Assembly: GCA_002811645.1 (NCBI GenBank)
Contig: PDIP01000261.1
Span: 1 to 55,582 of the forward strand
Direction: 5' to 3'
Length of the DNA: 55,582 nucleotides
Source: Corallochytrium limacisporum Hawaii
Taxonomy: Eukaryota > Protista > Pluriformea
Each line of letters starts with the position of its first letter. Position 1 is the stretch's first letter. The notes under the pieces were generated by a model. It worked only from the letters and a program-made list of their open reading frames with translations. It searched no databases and was not told the origin of the DNA. A program made the translations under genes and the position numbers. Positions 19,891 through 31,197 of the stretch are shown one piece after another.

Positions 19891-22800
19891 ATGAACTTCT
19901 TAGGACGACTACCCATCCTACGGCATGGGTCTACAAACAGTAGCAAAGTTGGGAGCCCCGAAGCAAGTCCAGGGGAAACCCGGTCGAGGAGTCCGTTCCG
20001 CCCTCCTAGTCCATGGCGAGGACATAGCCCGCAACCGTCGGGAAGTCTGGGTTCACGGTCTGGAATTCTGAAGTCCACAAATAGCAACGGACTGAAAGTG
20101 CATGGGATCCGTCAGAGTGTCAAGTGCTATGAATTCACACCATCCCCCGAGGACCCTTTGAACTGCATGATTTGCGGACACCAGGATTCTGAGCACAGTC
20201 AAGTTTGCGGAGTCTTTTCTCCGGGTAGTTTCATAGGGGTTTGTAGCATTTGTAGTGTATCCGAGCAATTGCATGCGGTGTGTGATAAGTTTGAAGTCAC
20301 TGCCTCGCAGAAAGCATATGAAGCTTCACTTGAGGTACCAGAACAAGGACCAGACGACTATAGGACCGTGGATCCCAAAGACCACAAACTTCGGTGCAGC
20401 AGGTGTGGTCGCAGCAGCCAAGACCACAACATATGCAGTAAATTTGTGCCCTATGAGCACGAATCAGTGCTCAAGGAGGCAGTTCCGCGATGCAGGCGGT
20501 GTGGACGAGCTGTTGCAATTCACCCTCCTTGTCGTAAGTTTAAGACTCACCCCATTCACCAGTCGCGCCCAGACTGTGTAAGATGCAGCAAGGCACTCAG
20601 GGAGCATACTACATGGCAGATGCTGGGGGAAGACAAGGCAAGGCACCGTTTCCAGTCGTTTGCCCCTGAACGCACTTCCGAAAACGGTCTGGCCCGTATT
20701 TTCATAGATGGCGAGGACTACTTTAGCTACCTTGAGCATGCAATGCGCAAAGCAACGCACGAAATTCTCATCGCGGGGTGGTTTACATCTCCTGAGGTAT
20801 TGCTGGTCCGTCCTGGACGCAGCGAGGCAATGTGGAGTCTGATCGAAGATGAACTTACACATACAAACACAGCCAGGTATGACTCGTCTACAATGGATGA
20901 CAGAAGCGGTATCTTGGAAGAAGACAGCACGGGAAGGGTTCCACGGTCTTCCTTAAGTGAGCCATCGTCTCATGTCAAGAATGGGGACACACCTGACAAC
21001 ATCATACCACAGTTTCAGGTGGAGGAATTCAACCTCGGCGACTCTGACACGGACCCACAGGAGCAGGCCTCGGAGGGATCAAGGTCAAGTGCAAGCGATC
21101 AGCGAATTCCACGTACAGATAAAGGAATGTCCCGCAGTGCGTCAGATGCTTCCATTCACACGAGTGACAGTGACATGACCGATCCTGTCTACTATGCACA
21201 GCGACAACGATTGGATGCTCTCCTGCTCGAGAAAGCCAGGCAAGGGGTGCAGATTCGGATGCTCATCTGGAATGAGACCAAGGTTGCGCTGCAAATCAAC
21301 AACGGCTATGCTAAGCGACGCTTTGAGGATCTGCATCCAAACATTCGAGTCTTGCTGCATCCAGGCCCTTTTGGACAAGTCAACTGGACTCATCACTCCA
21401 AATTTGTGGTCGTGGATTCGGGTCTTGCATTCGTCGGCGGTATCGATCTTTGCTATGGACGATGGGATAACGCAGAACACAGAGTCACAGACGAAATTGT
21501 TCCCGGTATTGACAATCAGCCAGTTTGGCCCGGTAAGGACTACTATAACGAGTTCTTCAAAGCTCTTGGACGTGTCGATCAACCGTGGCGTGATCGCATT
21601 GATCGTACCAGGAAACCTCGAATGCCATGGCATGATATAGCATGTTGCGTCGCCGGTGAAGCTGCCTGGGATGTAGCTCTAACTTTTATTCAGCGGTGGA
21701 ACCATCATTTGCTGCAAATGAACGACAGGAAGGGATATGACTTTATGGTCCCACCCCTGAAGGATACGACTTCGGCCAGAGCCTACGAGTCTGTTCCTTT
21801 GCATCGTGTTATCCATGGCAAAGGGAGCGTGCAGCACAAAATGCTTGTGCGCTTCGCAAAGCTCTTCAAGCGCACAGCCCTCGCTAATCGGCGATTGCAG
21901 GTACTGAACCAGCACAGCGATCTAGAAAATCAAGTACACGAATTCCTGCACAAGGAAAGGATGAGACATGACTTGACTATGCAAACCGAGTCACTCCATA
22001 TCGCAGCCAGTCAGCTGCTAGAGAACCTGTGGCGGCCAGCATACAGGGTCAAAGCACAGGTGGTGCGCTCCTTGGGTCCTTGGAGTGGAAGTCGAATCAA
22101 AGAATGCAGCATTTACAATGCCTATATTGAAGTGATTGCCAAAGCCAAGCACTACATTTACATCGAGAACCAGTATTTCTGCACAACAGCTGCGCCCGCT
22201 GATGGAGATGCAGAAGAAGAAGCCCTTCTGTGCACTTGCTCTGAACTGCAGAATCCGCCAGAGGACAACGGAGATACACTCTCCAATGAATTGGATACTC
22301 CGACTGCGCCAAAGCACACGCATGGCTGCCCAGCAGCTTCCTTTACCGAACCAAAGAGGGCTCAAGGCGGTCCGCGGAACCGCATCGGGGCTGCCATCTA
22401 CCATCGCATCGCTCGGGCAATTGAACGCAAAGAAAACTTTAAGGTGTACGTGGTGATTCCGGTATACCCAGAGGGCAATTTCTCCGTTAGTGTCTACTTG
22501 CGCTACATCATCCATCTCCAGCATGCTGCCATCTACCGAGGACCAAACAGTATTATGGGCCGTCTGCGTCTGAACTATCCCGATGTAGATCCGAATGACT
22601 ATATAACTTTCTTCAGTCTGCGCACGTACGGTCACCTTAACGGCAACTTTGTCACGGAACAGATCTACGTACACTCCAAAATGATGCTTGTTGATGACCG
22701 GATTGCCATCGTCGGCAGTGCCAACATCAATGACCGTAGCATGATGGGTGTCCGCGATTCAGAGACTTGTCTTGTGCTGGAGGATACGGAGATGGTGGAC

Positions 22801-23952
22801 GGTTTGATGGGTGGCCAACGCTGTCAGGTTGGCCCAATGGTCAAAAGTGCTCGTCTGAGGGCCTGGGCTGAACATTGGAACATTGACCCGGAAGCTGTCG
22901 ACGACCCGGTAACAGACTTTGTCTACCACGATCTTCTGCGGACCCGTGCGCAGCAAAACACTGCTCGCTTCGAAAACCTGTTTCAGGCTATCCCCTGTGA
23001 TCGTCTTGATCGCCTAACCCTATATCGCAGCGAAGCCAAAATCCTCAAGCGCGCTCGCCAGAAAAAACGAATGGTGCTGACAATCAATGTTCTGCCTTCT
23101 GCGAAGGAGAGCGTGCATAATGGTTCGAAGCAGACTTCCGATGCTGCTGCCAGCGGCATCGGTGTTGGCTGTGAATCTGGGCCTCGTCAGAAGCAATGCC
23201 AGTGGACCAGCACACAGGGGAAGCGCCATGGTCGCTCCAGTCCCTTCGGGGGTAGTCTCACTGCTCGCCAGAGCCTCGCTGCCGACCTGATGCCAGAGAT
23301 GGCCATGTGTGAGGGTGGTATGGGTACATCACTCCGCGTGGAGGAGGACTCGGAGGTCTCTTTGCCTATGGTATCCACGAGTTCATGCACACCCTCTCTT
23401 GCCTCCAACGAGAATGCTTCCGGATACAAGAGTAAGACACGGAATGCATCTTTCACAATCAACAATCATGAGGACGGACCGCTTGATCGAAGTGGCGACA
23501 TTGATTACGTTGAGGAACAGCGACCGTTCACGAGTGGCCCAAAGGGACGCAGGGGCAGTTTGGACTCCAATATTACTTCGTTACCTTTTGCGTTCGAGAG
23601 CGACTACGTCTCAATCCACCAAGAGGATTCCAAGACCAAGCGGCGCCGCAGCAGCGTCTCGTCCCTTGAAGGGATAAGAACAACCAGCAGGTTGCAGCCC
23701 ATCGACAGTGATGTTTCCTACACCACCAGCGAAAATCTACAGCACCTCGACCCGACAGCGCCAGACTTTGAGCCCGAAGCAGTGGGCGAGGAACTGGATT
23801 TTAATACTGTGGCCTGTGCCTTCATTCCGAAGAGTCAACGGCCAATATGCCACGCTGTAATGCACCCGATGAACTTTCTGGCTAGGTCGTACCACTTGGC
23901 ACCGAGTTATTGGGGTGAGAAGTACATCATTCCGAGATACATTTTCCAGTGA
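19891..23952 (+). CDS. Phospholipase D (PLD1/2-type, two HKD motifs) with five N-terminal Cys/His repeats
   Basis: HHSKFVVVD..AFVGGIDLCYGRWD, PRMPWHD, YIYIENQYF and YVHSKMMLVDD..IVGSANINDRSM.G.RDSE. Confidence 0.95.
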   Translation: MNFLGRLPILRHGSTNSSKVGSPEASPGETRSRSPFRPPSPWRGHSPQPSGSLGSRSGILKSTNSNGLKVHGIRQSVKCYEFTPSPEDPLNCMICGHQDSEHSQVCGVFSPGSFIGVCSICSVSEQLHAVCDKFEVTASQKAYEASLEVPEQGPDDYRTVDPKDHKLRCSRCGRSSQDHNICSKFVPYEHESVLKEAVPRCRRCGRAVAIHPPCRKFKTHPIHQSRPDCVRCSKALREHTTWQMLGEDKARHRFQSFAPERTSENGLARIFIDGEDYFSYLEHAMRKATHEILIAGWFTSPEVLLVRPGRSEAMWSLIEDELTHTNTARYDSSTMDDRSGILEEDSTGRVPRSSLSEPSSHVKNGDTPDNIIPQFQVEEFNLGDSDTDPQEQASEGSRSSASDQRIPRTDKGMSRSASDASIHTSDSDMTDPVYYAQRQRLDALLLEKARQGVQIRMLIWNETKVALQINNGYAKRRFEDLHPNIRVLLHPGPFGQVNWTHHSKFVVVDSGLAFVGGIDLCYGRWDNAEHRVTDEIVPGIDNQPVWPGKDYYNEFFKALGRVDQPWRDRIDRTRKPRMPWHDIACCVAGEAAWDVALTFIQRWNHHLLQMNDRKGYDFMVPPLKDTTSARAYESVPLHRVIHGKGSVQHKMLVRFAKLFKRTALANRRLQVLNQHSDLENQVHEFLHKERMRHDLTMQTESLHIAASQLLENLWRPAYRVKAQVVRSLGPWSGSRIKECSIYNAYIEVIAKAKHYIYIENQYFCTTAAPADGDAEEEALLCTCSELQNPPEDNGDTLSNELDTPTAPKHTHGCPAASFTEPKRAQGGPRNRIGAAIYHRIARAIERKENFKVYVVIPVYPEGNFSVSVYLRYIIHLQHAAIYRGPNSIMGRLRLNYPDVDPNDYITFFSLRTYGHLNGNFVTEQIYVHSKMMLVDDRIAIVGSANINDRSMMGVRDSETCLVLEDTEMVDGLMGGQRCQVGPMVKSARLRAWAEHWNIDPEAVDDPVTDFVYHDLLRTRAQQNTARFENLFQAIPCDRLDRLTLYRSEAKILKRARQKKRMVLTINVLPSAKESVHNGSKQTSDAAASGIGVGCESGPRQKQCQWTSTQGKRHGRSSPFGGSLTARQSLAADLMPEMAMCEGGMGTSLRVEEDSEVSLPMVSTSSCTPSLASNENASGYKSKTRNASFTINNHEDGPLDRSGDIDYVEEQRPFTSGPKGRRGSLDSNITSLPFAFESDYVSIHQEDSKTKRRRSSVSSLEGIRTTSRLQPIDSDVSYTTSENLQHLDPTAPDFEPEAVGEELDFNTVACAFIPKSQRPICHAVMHPMNFLARSYHLAPSYWGEKYIIPRYIFQ
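20125..20607 (+). repeat. Five tandem C-x2-F...C-x2-C-x6-H protein repeats in the PLD N-terminus
   Basis: CYEF..CMICGHQDSEH; CGVF..CSICSVSEQLH; CDKF..CSRCGRSSQDH; CSKF..CRRCGRAVAIH; CRKF..CVRCSKALREH. Confidence 0.85.
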
Positions 23953-24437
23953 ATAAATGAACTAAGGAACTACCTCACCCGCCAACTAGCGTTGGTGAGT
24001 ATAGCGAAACGCAGGGACAGGTTGGCGACTCATCCTTAGGGTCCGACGGCTCTGGGCCAGCATTCGACACGAACAGAACCGGTGTTCAACCTATGGGAAG
24101 CAGGGGAGTCGCCAAAAAATAGGCCCCTGATTTACTCTAGCACATGTCTCAACCGGGAGGGGGGAAAGTGTCGTTTACTGTGGCTGTTGGCCGAACGTCA
24201 CCCACGACCATAGACCATTGCAGCAGAGCCTTGTTGCCAGCAGTGTGCAGCTCTAGTCAATTTAATTTCAGAGGGATGTTAGGTATTTCAAGCAATGGTA
24301 CTTAGTCCTTTCGAGGTATCCTTTGTCCTTCCCCTAAATTGCGAATTTTAGGAGAGAATATGATCTCTGAGGATGGGAGCGAAGATTGTTGGCTCTGTTT
24401 CGAAGTCGTTCAACCTGAAAACATATAGAATACAGAA

Positions 24438-24878
24438 ATGCCTGTACGTGGCAGCTTGATAACTACGGTTACGCGGGCGTGGCGTGGTAACATTACGTCC
24501 AAAGTGGGAAACCGCAAGTTCAACAAAGGAAGAAGGGCTGCGAAGGGCTACGGTGAGTTCATTGGAGGACAATACAAGATTCGTTGGGACAGGGTTGAAC
24601 AGTTCGTACCGCCTCCTGAGGAAGAAATGCGTCACAGTAAGCTGCGACCTTATGTCCGGGCCCGGATTGATGTGCCCGCGGAAGATCAACGAACACCTCC
24701 AAATCTTGTAGACTACTGTATCGCACACATGGAGCACCGCATTGAGAACGGCCAATGGACAGGACCGGTGCCCGATCTCAGTCACATTGATGGTAGAGAA
24801 CCTGCAACAACGGCGTCTACCAGTGGCCCTGGAGTAGAACAGGACACAGATCTTACTCAGCTTGCTAGCAAGTCATAA
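24438..24878 (+). CDS. MRPL41: Mitochondrial ribosomal protein mL41
   Basis: ITSKVGNRKFNKGR...GYG...WDRVEQFVPP...KLRPYV. Confidence 0.85.
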   Translation: MPVRGSLITTVTRAWRGNITSKVGNRKFNKGRRAAKGYGEFIGGQYKIRWDRVEQFVPPPEEEMRHSKLRPYVRARIDVPAEDQRTPPNLVDYCIAHMEHRIENGQWTGPVPDLSHIDGREPATTASTSGPGVEQDTDLTQLASKS

Positions 24879-25676
24879 ACTTAACCAGCATTTAGCATGA
24901 TTCATTCTGTGTATATACGCACACCCCACTATTGAAACTCGCCTCTCTCGCTGCCTCCAAAATATTTAATATACGGATACTCAATTTGGGAGTCATTCCT
25001 GCCCAGGTTCGCAAGCTCCCCTCCCCGTCTCCGCTCCGATAGCACCAGGCACTGAAGAACAACCTCGGAGGGGCGACAATGGGTAAATGGGGAAAAAGGA
25101 ACAACACCATATGGTGCTGTTCCTCGTACTGTCCCTGTGATAGGCTAGGTTCTTATACTCCCAATCACCATCATTTCCAATGTTGTACCTCGCGTTTTCA
25201 CGGCAGACCACTGTCCTGGGTGGGCGGGGCTTGCATTTGCTACATTATTGGGAGTCCATTGTTGCCTCCGAACCCTCCCTTTACACACCACCGTCTCCGT
25301 TTTGGACCAACCAAGAGCCGGTGATTTGGTTGTCATTGACTTCGGAGAAGGAAGAAAAGTATACAGTGGGGTACACCCTTCTTCTACCCTACGCCTCCTT
25401 CCGTGTCTCGGGCCTTCCTGTGTTCTCCGTGTCTACCTCTTGCGATCGTGTGGCTCGGACGCTAGGAGAGCAGGGGACAGACACTACGAGCTTTCGACGA
25501 ACTAGAGACTGGTCACATCGACGCCTGTCGCCCAGTACCCCGAAGAGGGTTCCTATTTGAGAATTTCTATGATCGCCCAACAGTAAGATTAATTTGCGTA
25601 CATCCATACGGTTGTCTAGGACTAGTTTTGCACGTTTTGTGTTCATTGTGCAAATTCATAACATACATACTAAAAG

Positions 25677-26918
25677 ATGACGTCTCACCGGGATAAACAG
25701 CGTCTCAATGAGAAGCACTCTAAAATTCTGGCTCGTCTCACTGCAGAAGAACCCAACAAGTATTGTGCTGACTGTGGAGTGAAAGGACCACGTTGGGCCA
25801 GTTGGAATATTGGAGCCTATGTCTGCCTGCGCTGCGCCGGCATTCACCGCAGTTTGGGTGTGCATATCTCCCGAATGAAGAGTGTGACCCTTGACAGTTG
25901 GACCCCGGAACAGATTGAAAGCATTAAGAACGGTGGCAATGCCAAGGTCAATGCTATTTATGAAGCAAGGTTGCCGAAGGACTTTTCAAGGCCCACTCAC
26001 AGCGACCAAGCCATGGAGCACTTTATTCGTCAAAAGTATGAGAAAAAGGTCTGGTACGATCCCTCTGGGTGGGAACGGGTACAACCCGCCGTTGCAAGCA
26101 ACGGATCACAGCAGTCTCAATTACAGCAGAACCGCGGAGGCATTGCGCCCCCTCCGACAGCCTCGCCGAATCGGCTATCGCCGTCGGTATCCCCCCAGCG
26201 ACAACAGCAGCAGCCTGTGTCACGTCCTACCCCACCACAGCCTCAGCAGTCTGGGGCCAATGATCTGCTCGGATTGGACATGGGTGGAGGAGCATCTCAA
26301 CCACTGGTACAGGAGGTAAGTGCAGGAGCAACCACGTATGCCAGCATTTGGGACAGCGATCCGTTCGCGGATCAGCCGGGCCAGCAGCAACAGCAACCAG
26401 TAGAGAGAGGACCATCTCCTAGCGTTGGCTTTGACAAGAATTCAATCATGGCCCTTTATGGAAATGCACCTGCCGGAGGTATGGATGGTGGCATGATGGG
26501 TGGCATGCCTCAGCAACCACAGCAGGGCATGATGGGAGCCCAGCAGGGCATGAACCCTATGATGGGGGGCGGTATGAATCCCATGATGGGTGGTGGCATG
26601 AACCCCATGATGATGCAGGGCCAACAGAGCATGGGTGGTATGCAGGGCCAGATGATGGGCGGTGGCAACATGATGGGTGCTCAGATGAACATGATGGGAA
26701 GCCAAGGCATGATGGGAGGCATGCCCCATGGAGGCATGGGCGGAGGATCCTATGGACAGCAGCAGGGAATGATGGGAGGTATGCCCCAGGGAGGAATGAG
26801 CGGTGGATCCTATGGACAGCAGCAGCAGTTTGGTGGATTCCAGCAGCCTGCACAGCAGAACATGGGCGGCTTCCAGCAGCAAGGGGGTAACACATTCAAT
26901 CAGAACCTGTGGCAGTGA
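25677..26918 (+). CDS. SMAP-type ArfGAP
   Basis: [33 protein letters not shown], clathrin box [14 protein letters not shown], Met/Gly/Gln-rich tail ending NLWQ. Confidence 0.93.
   Translation: MTSHRDKQRLNEKHSKILARLTAEEPNKYCADCGVKGPRWASWNIGAYVCLRCAGIHRSLGVHISRMKSVTLDSWTPEQIESIKNGGNAKVNAIYEARLPKDFSRPTHSDQAMEHFIRQKYEKKVWYDPSGWERVQPAVASNGSQQSQLQQNRGGIAPPPTASPNRLSPSVSPQRQQQQPVSRPTPPQPQQSGANDLLGLDMGGGASQPLVQEVSAGATTYASIWDSDPFADQPGQQQQQPVERGPSPSVGFDKNSIMALYGNAPAGGMDGGMMGGMPQQPQQGMMGAQQGMNPMMGGGMNPMMGGGMNPMMMQGQQSMGGMQGQMMGGGNMMGAQMNMMGSQGMMGGMPHGGMGGGSYGQQQGMMGGMPQGGMSGGSYGQQQQFGGFQQPAQQNMGGFQQQGGNTFNQNLWQ
26706..26826 (+). repeat. 60-nt coding tandem duplication in the ArfGAP low-complexity tail
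   Basis: [20 protein letters not shown] followed by [20 protein letters not shown]. Confidence 0.8.
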
Positions 26919-27106
26919 ATCAGACATGACTTTCTCATGGTTTCCGCATGCTCAAACACGACAACATTACATGACATATTAAAATTCAAACACACAAAGC
27001 AGTTTCCACAGGTGAACATAAACAACAATTAGTGATTGATTGGGCTGGTAACGTCTGACGATGAACAATATATAAGTGTCATGCAATAGAGGCGACAGTG
27101 TTTTGT

Positions 27107-28861
27107 TCACTGTATTGTGCCCAAGTTGAGGGCCTTGATATTCGCGTTTCGATTTAGCTGGGCCTGATCCTTGAGCCTGCCTTCCTCTTCCTTGAACATT
27201 TGCTTTGTTTCTTTCTTGGTGGCGCGGCGTAGTTGACGCTCCTCCTTGACCAATTTCTTGCGAGCACGTTTCTCTTCGGGGGTCTCCTTCTTTGGCCGAG
27301 CAACGCCTTTGACTGGCAGTTCAATTAGTTCACTTTCCTCATCGACTACAAACTCCCCGCCGCTGGCTGGACTGCTGTTTCCAACGTCAGGCGCTAATCC
27401 AGTGCGCTTAGCCGCCCCAATGACACCCTTTGGAATGCCATGGCTGCCACTGAGCTCTACCTTCGGCACATCCACTGCCACACCAATCAGCGACTTTCCA
27501 GCATCCTCTTGCTGCTTCTGTTGGTTCTTCTTCCGGCTCTTGAGGTTATCATTCGGACCTGCATTATCAATAAGCTTCGGACGGTTGTAAAGATTTGTGG
27601 TGGTACTAAGAATGGTCTCCACATCGAAGTCAGGCTTTTTGTGAGTGCTCTGTTCCCCTAATACGAATTCTACGTCGTCCTCATCATCACTGGATTCCGC
27701 ATCAAGGGCTTCAGCATTGTTTTTCCCTTTCGGATCGATGCCTTTCGCTCGGAGCTTAGCCTCACGTTTAGCTTTGATACGAAGCAGAACGTCTCGACGG
27801 ATGTCTGCGGGCGTGGAGTCTACAACGTCCCGTAGAGCGGAAGCATTTTCCAGCTTGAGATCGTCGATCTCCTGCATGATTGTGGCAATCCGGTCCTGGA
27901 TGTCGACATTGCCAATAGCATCCGGAGCTCCAACCTGAGCGTCCAGATCACCAATTTCCTCATCCTCGTACTCAGCAAAGAATTCCTCAAACTGGTCGTC
28001 CAGTTGTTGAAGTTTCTCGCTACGGGGCATTACTGACGAAGTCATGGAGTATTCCGTAAATCGACTACGGTCTGTGCGGTAGGTATACGCTTTGTCGTCA
28101 TCGTCAGCATCACTGAACATGGCACCCGTGCTGTCAACATCATCGTCGTTATCGTATACTCCTTCTCCTTCCTCATTTTCGTCCCCGGATGCTACAGCCT
28201 GCATGATAAAATCATCCTCAATTGCCCACTCGGGATCATTAAGGTCGTAGGCCTCGTCCAAAGCCGCGACAATGTCTGGGTCCCAGTCCGTCTTTGGTCC
28301 GTAGATCGGCGCTGCGCGATTGAGCAGACCAACATCTTCCTCTTCCTCTGTAGCGAAGAGATCGCTGGGGAGCCCGAATTTTTCCGGCGCGGAAGGCCCC
28401 GGGGGACGCTGCTTGGCCAGCTTCCGAAGAAGCCTCTGTTCGTCGTCGAGCTCCGCCTCATCGATGCCACTTTCCTCTTCCTGCTCTGCATCCTGATCTC
28501 CATCTTTCTTCTCATCAAAACCAATGTAGTATGCACCAGGCTGTCCCATTTCTTTCAAATGCTGCTCGTAGTCGTACACGTCAGCGTCATCGAAATCAAT
28601 ACCAAGCAGGGCCAGCCTCTCTCGCTTTGATCGGGCTCCGAAGACTGGATCACGTTCCTCTTCAGACGGTTTATGTGCAAACTCAGCAGCAGCACTTCCT
28701 GGGGCTGCACTGCCATCTTCATTGAAGGATCCACCACCGACGTACTTGAGAACGCGTTGTGGTGCGTTTTCGTCAGCAGCCAGAGGATCTCTCTGCGATC
28801 GATGAACAAGCTCGAAGCGAACCGCCTTATCCTTCCGGATAAAGGGCTTTACCTTACCCAT
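27107..28861 (-). CDS. LTV1: 40S ribosome biogenesis factor LTV1
   Basis: FELVHRSQRDPL, YDYEQHLK, SRFTEYSMTSSVMPR, DVETILSTTTNLYNRP and RPKKETPEEKRARKK. Confidence 0.95.
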   Translation of the reverse strand: MGKVKPFIRKDKAVRFELVHRSQRDPLAADENAPQRVLKYVGGGSFNEDGSAAPGSAAAEFAHKPSEEERDPVFGARSKRERLALLGIDFDDADVYDYEQHLKEMGQPGAYYIGFDEKKDGDQDAEQEEESGIDEAELDDEQRLLRKLAKQRPPGPSAPEKFGLPSDLFATEEEEDVGLLNRAAPIYGPKTDWDPDIVAALDEAYDLNDPEWAIEDDFIMQAVASGDENEEGEGVYDNDDDVDSTGAMFSDADDDDKAYTYRTDRSRFTEYSMTSSVMPRSEKLQQLDDQFEEFFAEYEDEEIGDLDAQVGAPDAIGNVDIQDRIATIMQEIDDLKLENASALRDVVDSTPADIRRDVLLRIKAKREAKLRAKGIDPKGKNNAEALDAESSDDEDDVEFVLGEQSTHKKPDFDVETILSTTTNLYNRPKLIDNAGPNDNLKSRKKNQQKQQEDAGKSLIGVAVDVPKVELSGSHGIPKGVIGAAKRTGLAPDVGNSSPASGGEFVVDEESELIELPVKGVARPKKETPEEKRARKKLVKEERQLRRATKKETKQMFKEEEGRLKDQAQLNRNANIKALNLGTIQ

Positions 28862-29535
28862 TGTTTCTCAAACGAATTAGTGTGTTTGTGTGTAGATAAT
28901 GAGATTAGCTATGAACCAGTCTGCTTACTGCCGTTAATTCTTACTATGCTTACATTCTATCCCAAGCTATTTTAGAAATCACATCGACACTACTTCGATG
29001 ATAATTAGACAAAACACTTTCTTCCTCAATATTTATTTAATGCCTTGTGGTCATGCATCTCAAATTCCTTTTTTATACGCATTCAGTTGCTGACTTAAGT
29101 GCAAACAAGGGGATAGAACATGAAGAGACAGCAACCTACCGCTTACCGCTGAAGCCTTCGGAGCGGCTCTCTCACGCGGGCTTTAGTTCCGGCTGTGGAT
29201 GGTTAGAACCACCCTGCAGATTCAGTACATTTCTTGCCACACGGGGGGCAAGGAACCTGTGCAAAGACGAGTGGTCTTCCCCCTCCCTTCCACCATTCCA
29301 CCTCACACCTGCACCAGCCATCACCGAAACACGCGGGTCACAGGGGCGAACAAAAAAGGCGGGTCTCTGGTTCACCCCGTAGTGAAAGTAGGGATTGCAA
29401 GCTAAGGGAAAAGGTTCAAACTCTTGGTCGACGGCACGGGGAGGCCGGGGCAAATTTCAACGAAGTGATAAAAGGTATATTAAAATAGTTTGCTCGAAAT
29501 CCCTGGTGTCGACGAGATGATGGCCTTGGCCACGA

Positions 29536-31197
29536 TCATGTCCGTCTCAGTTCAAAAACATGTGAATGCCAAGCCTGCAAGCTTACCCACAGGCCCTTAG
29601 ATTGCAATTCCGGTAAGTTACGTTCGTAGACAGTCATGGGCTCCAGTTGATCGACCAGAATGACATTTTCTGACTGCTGCCATCTGCAGGTGTTCAGCGT
29701 TCCATGGCTCAGATCGAGGTCTTCAGGAAAGACAACATGACCGTTTGATTCACTGTCGCTATAATTGACTAATACAAGCAGCCATGACTTGCCCATACCC
29801 ACGAACCGACCAATTAATCGACGATAAGACGGATTGCCATCGCTCGAGGCAGTGATGGACGCTCTCAGAACTTCCCCATGCGTGCACTCTGGCCGGGCCA
29901 GAACCTGCTGAATCAATTTCGAATATATGCCAAAGACTGCACCATTGATTTGCTCCTCACTGCGCATACGTTCGTGCATACTCAGTTGCACACGCCTACC
30001 TTCTATTTGTCCGTCGTGGAAGAAGCGCATTCCGACGCCAGTGTAAGTCACCAAAGCTGCGGCCAGGTGACGCGGTCCACTGCCCAACTCTGCAGCAGCT
30101 CTCGGTTCGTCATGATTCTCTAGAAAGCGACAAAGTTTCGCCTGGTATGAGTCCTCCGCGGAGAGATGTCCGGAAACGTCTCCGGGGCTCTGACTTACGA
30201 GACGGTCATAGAGAGTCTTGTCGTAGCAATAGTCGAAGCCTTGCTGTTGTAGAGTGAATTCCATATCCCAGTAGACCTCTGCGACAAAAATGAACCGGGC
30301 AGGCCGCAGACAGGAAGTCTCACGCTCAGTACCACTACTTGTCAATGACTTATGCTTTAACCATGTGTCCCGCGCCGCAGGAATTGCGCGCTCCCAAAAT
30401 TGTCCGCGTTTCGCACCCTTTTCACCTCTGCTATCAATGGAATAGGGCATGATCCAATCCTCACGGTACTGACTCCACGTTCGCGTGAATACCTCATCCG
30501 TCACGAGCATGGCCATGTCACACCGCACGCCGTCTGCAAGTTCGGCAATGTACTTTAAAATCTTCGTCATTTCCCTTTGGAGCGAAGGGCTAGAGTAATC
30601 CAACTGCGCCGTATCCTTCCAGCCATCGAAGAATGGATCTTTACCGTGCGCACATACGACGCCGGCCTTTCGGCTGAAAAAGTTCTGTGGCTGTTCTTGG
30701 TGCAATGACTCCCCATTGTCCGGACGGAAGATGTAGTCATTGCTGGCCCCACTTTTTACCCAGGGATGATCGATTCCGACGTGATTGGGCACAAAGTCGA
30801 CGATCACTGCCAGGCCCAAGGATTGCAGTTTCTGTCGGAGGGTCCGATACGCTGTGACTCCACCCCATCGGTCGCTAACGTCGTAGGCAATCACTGCGAA
30901 GGGACTCGCTGCCGCATTGCTCTTTTTGCTGTCCTCCAGCACTCGCTCTGAATGCTCCACTGCCGCCGGACCGGTCTGCCAGAGCCCGAGGAGGTAGACG
31001 TAGTGAAAACCCCAGTCCGCAATCTGCTGCCAGTATGTGTCCGGCACAGTGGCCAGGGTCACGTCCTGCATGCCCAGAGTACCTTCCAGGTCAGCGAACA
31101 GAGCTGTGAGGTTGACTTGATAGAGTAACGGATACTTCGGCCATTGTGTCGCAGATGAAGACGACATGTTGTGCTCACCGTTAGCTACCTGTGTCAT
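29536..31197 (-). CDS. GH13 alpha-amylase-family glycoside hydrolase, bacterial-like, no obvious signal peptide
   Basis: DFVPNH, DGVRCDMAM (nucleophile), FVAEVYW (acid/base) and FLENHDEPR. Confidence 0.9.
   Translation of the reverse strand: MTQVANGEHNMSSSSATQWPKYPLLYQVNLTALFADLEGTLGMQDVTLATVPDTYWQQIADWGFHYVYLLGLWQTGPAAVEHSERVLEDSKKSNAAASPFAVIAYDVSDRWGGVTAYRTLRQKLQSLGLAVIVDFVPNHVGIDHPWVKSGASNDYIFRPDNGESLHQEQPQNFFSRKAGVVCAHGKDPFFDGWKDTAQLDYSSPSLQREMTKILKYIAELADGVRCDMAMLVTDEVFTRTWSQYREDWIMPYSIDSRGEKGAKRGQFWERAIPAARDTWLKHKSLTSSGTERETSCLRPARFIFVAEVYWDMEFTLQQQGFDYCYDKTLYDRLVSQSPGDVSGHLSAEDSYQAKLCRFLENHDEPRAAAELGSGPRHLAAALVTYTGVGMRFFHDGQIEGRRVQLSMHERMRSEEQINGAVFGIYSKLIQQVLARPECTHGEVLRASITASSDGNPSYRRLIGRFVGMGKSWLLVLVNYSDSESNGHVVFPEDLDLSHGTLNTCRWQQSENVILVDQLEPMTVYERNLPELQSKGLWVSLQAWHSHVFELRRT

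Noticed and set aside
29370-29436. tRNA-like element (GGTTCAAAC T-loop, TTGCA possible anticodon loop)
   Set aside because: Too short, no proper D-arm, and the anticodon and acceptor stems are imperfect.
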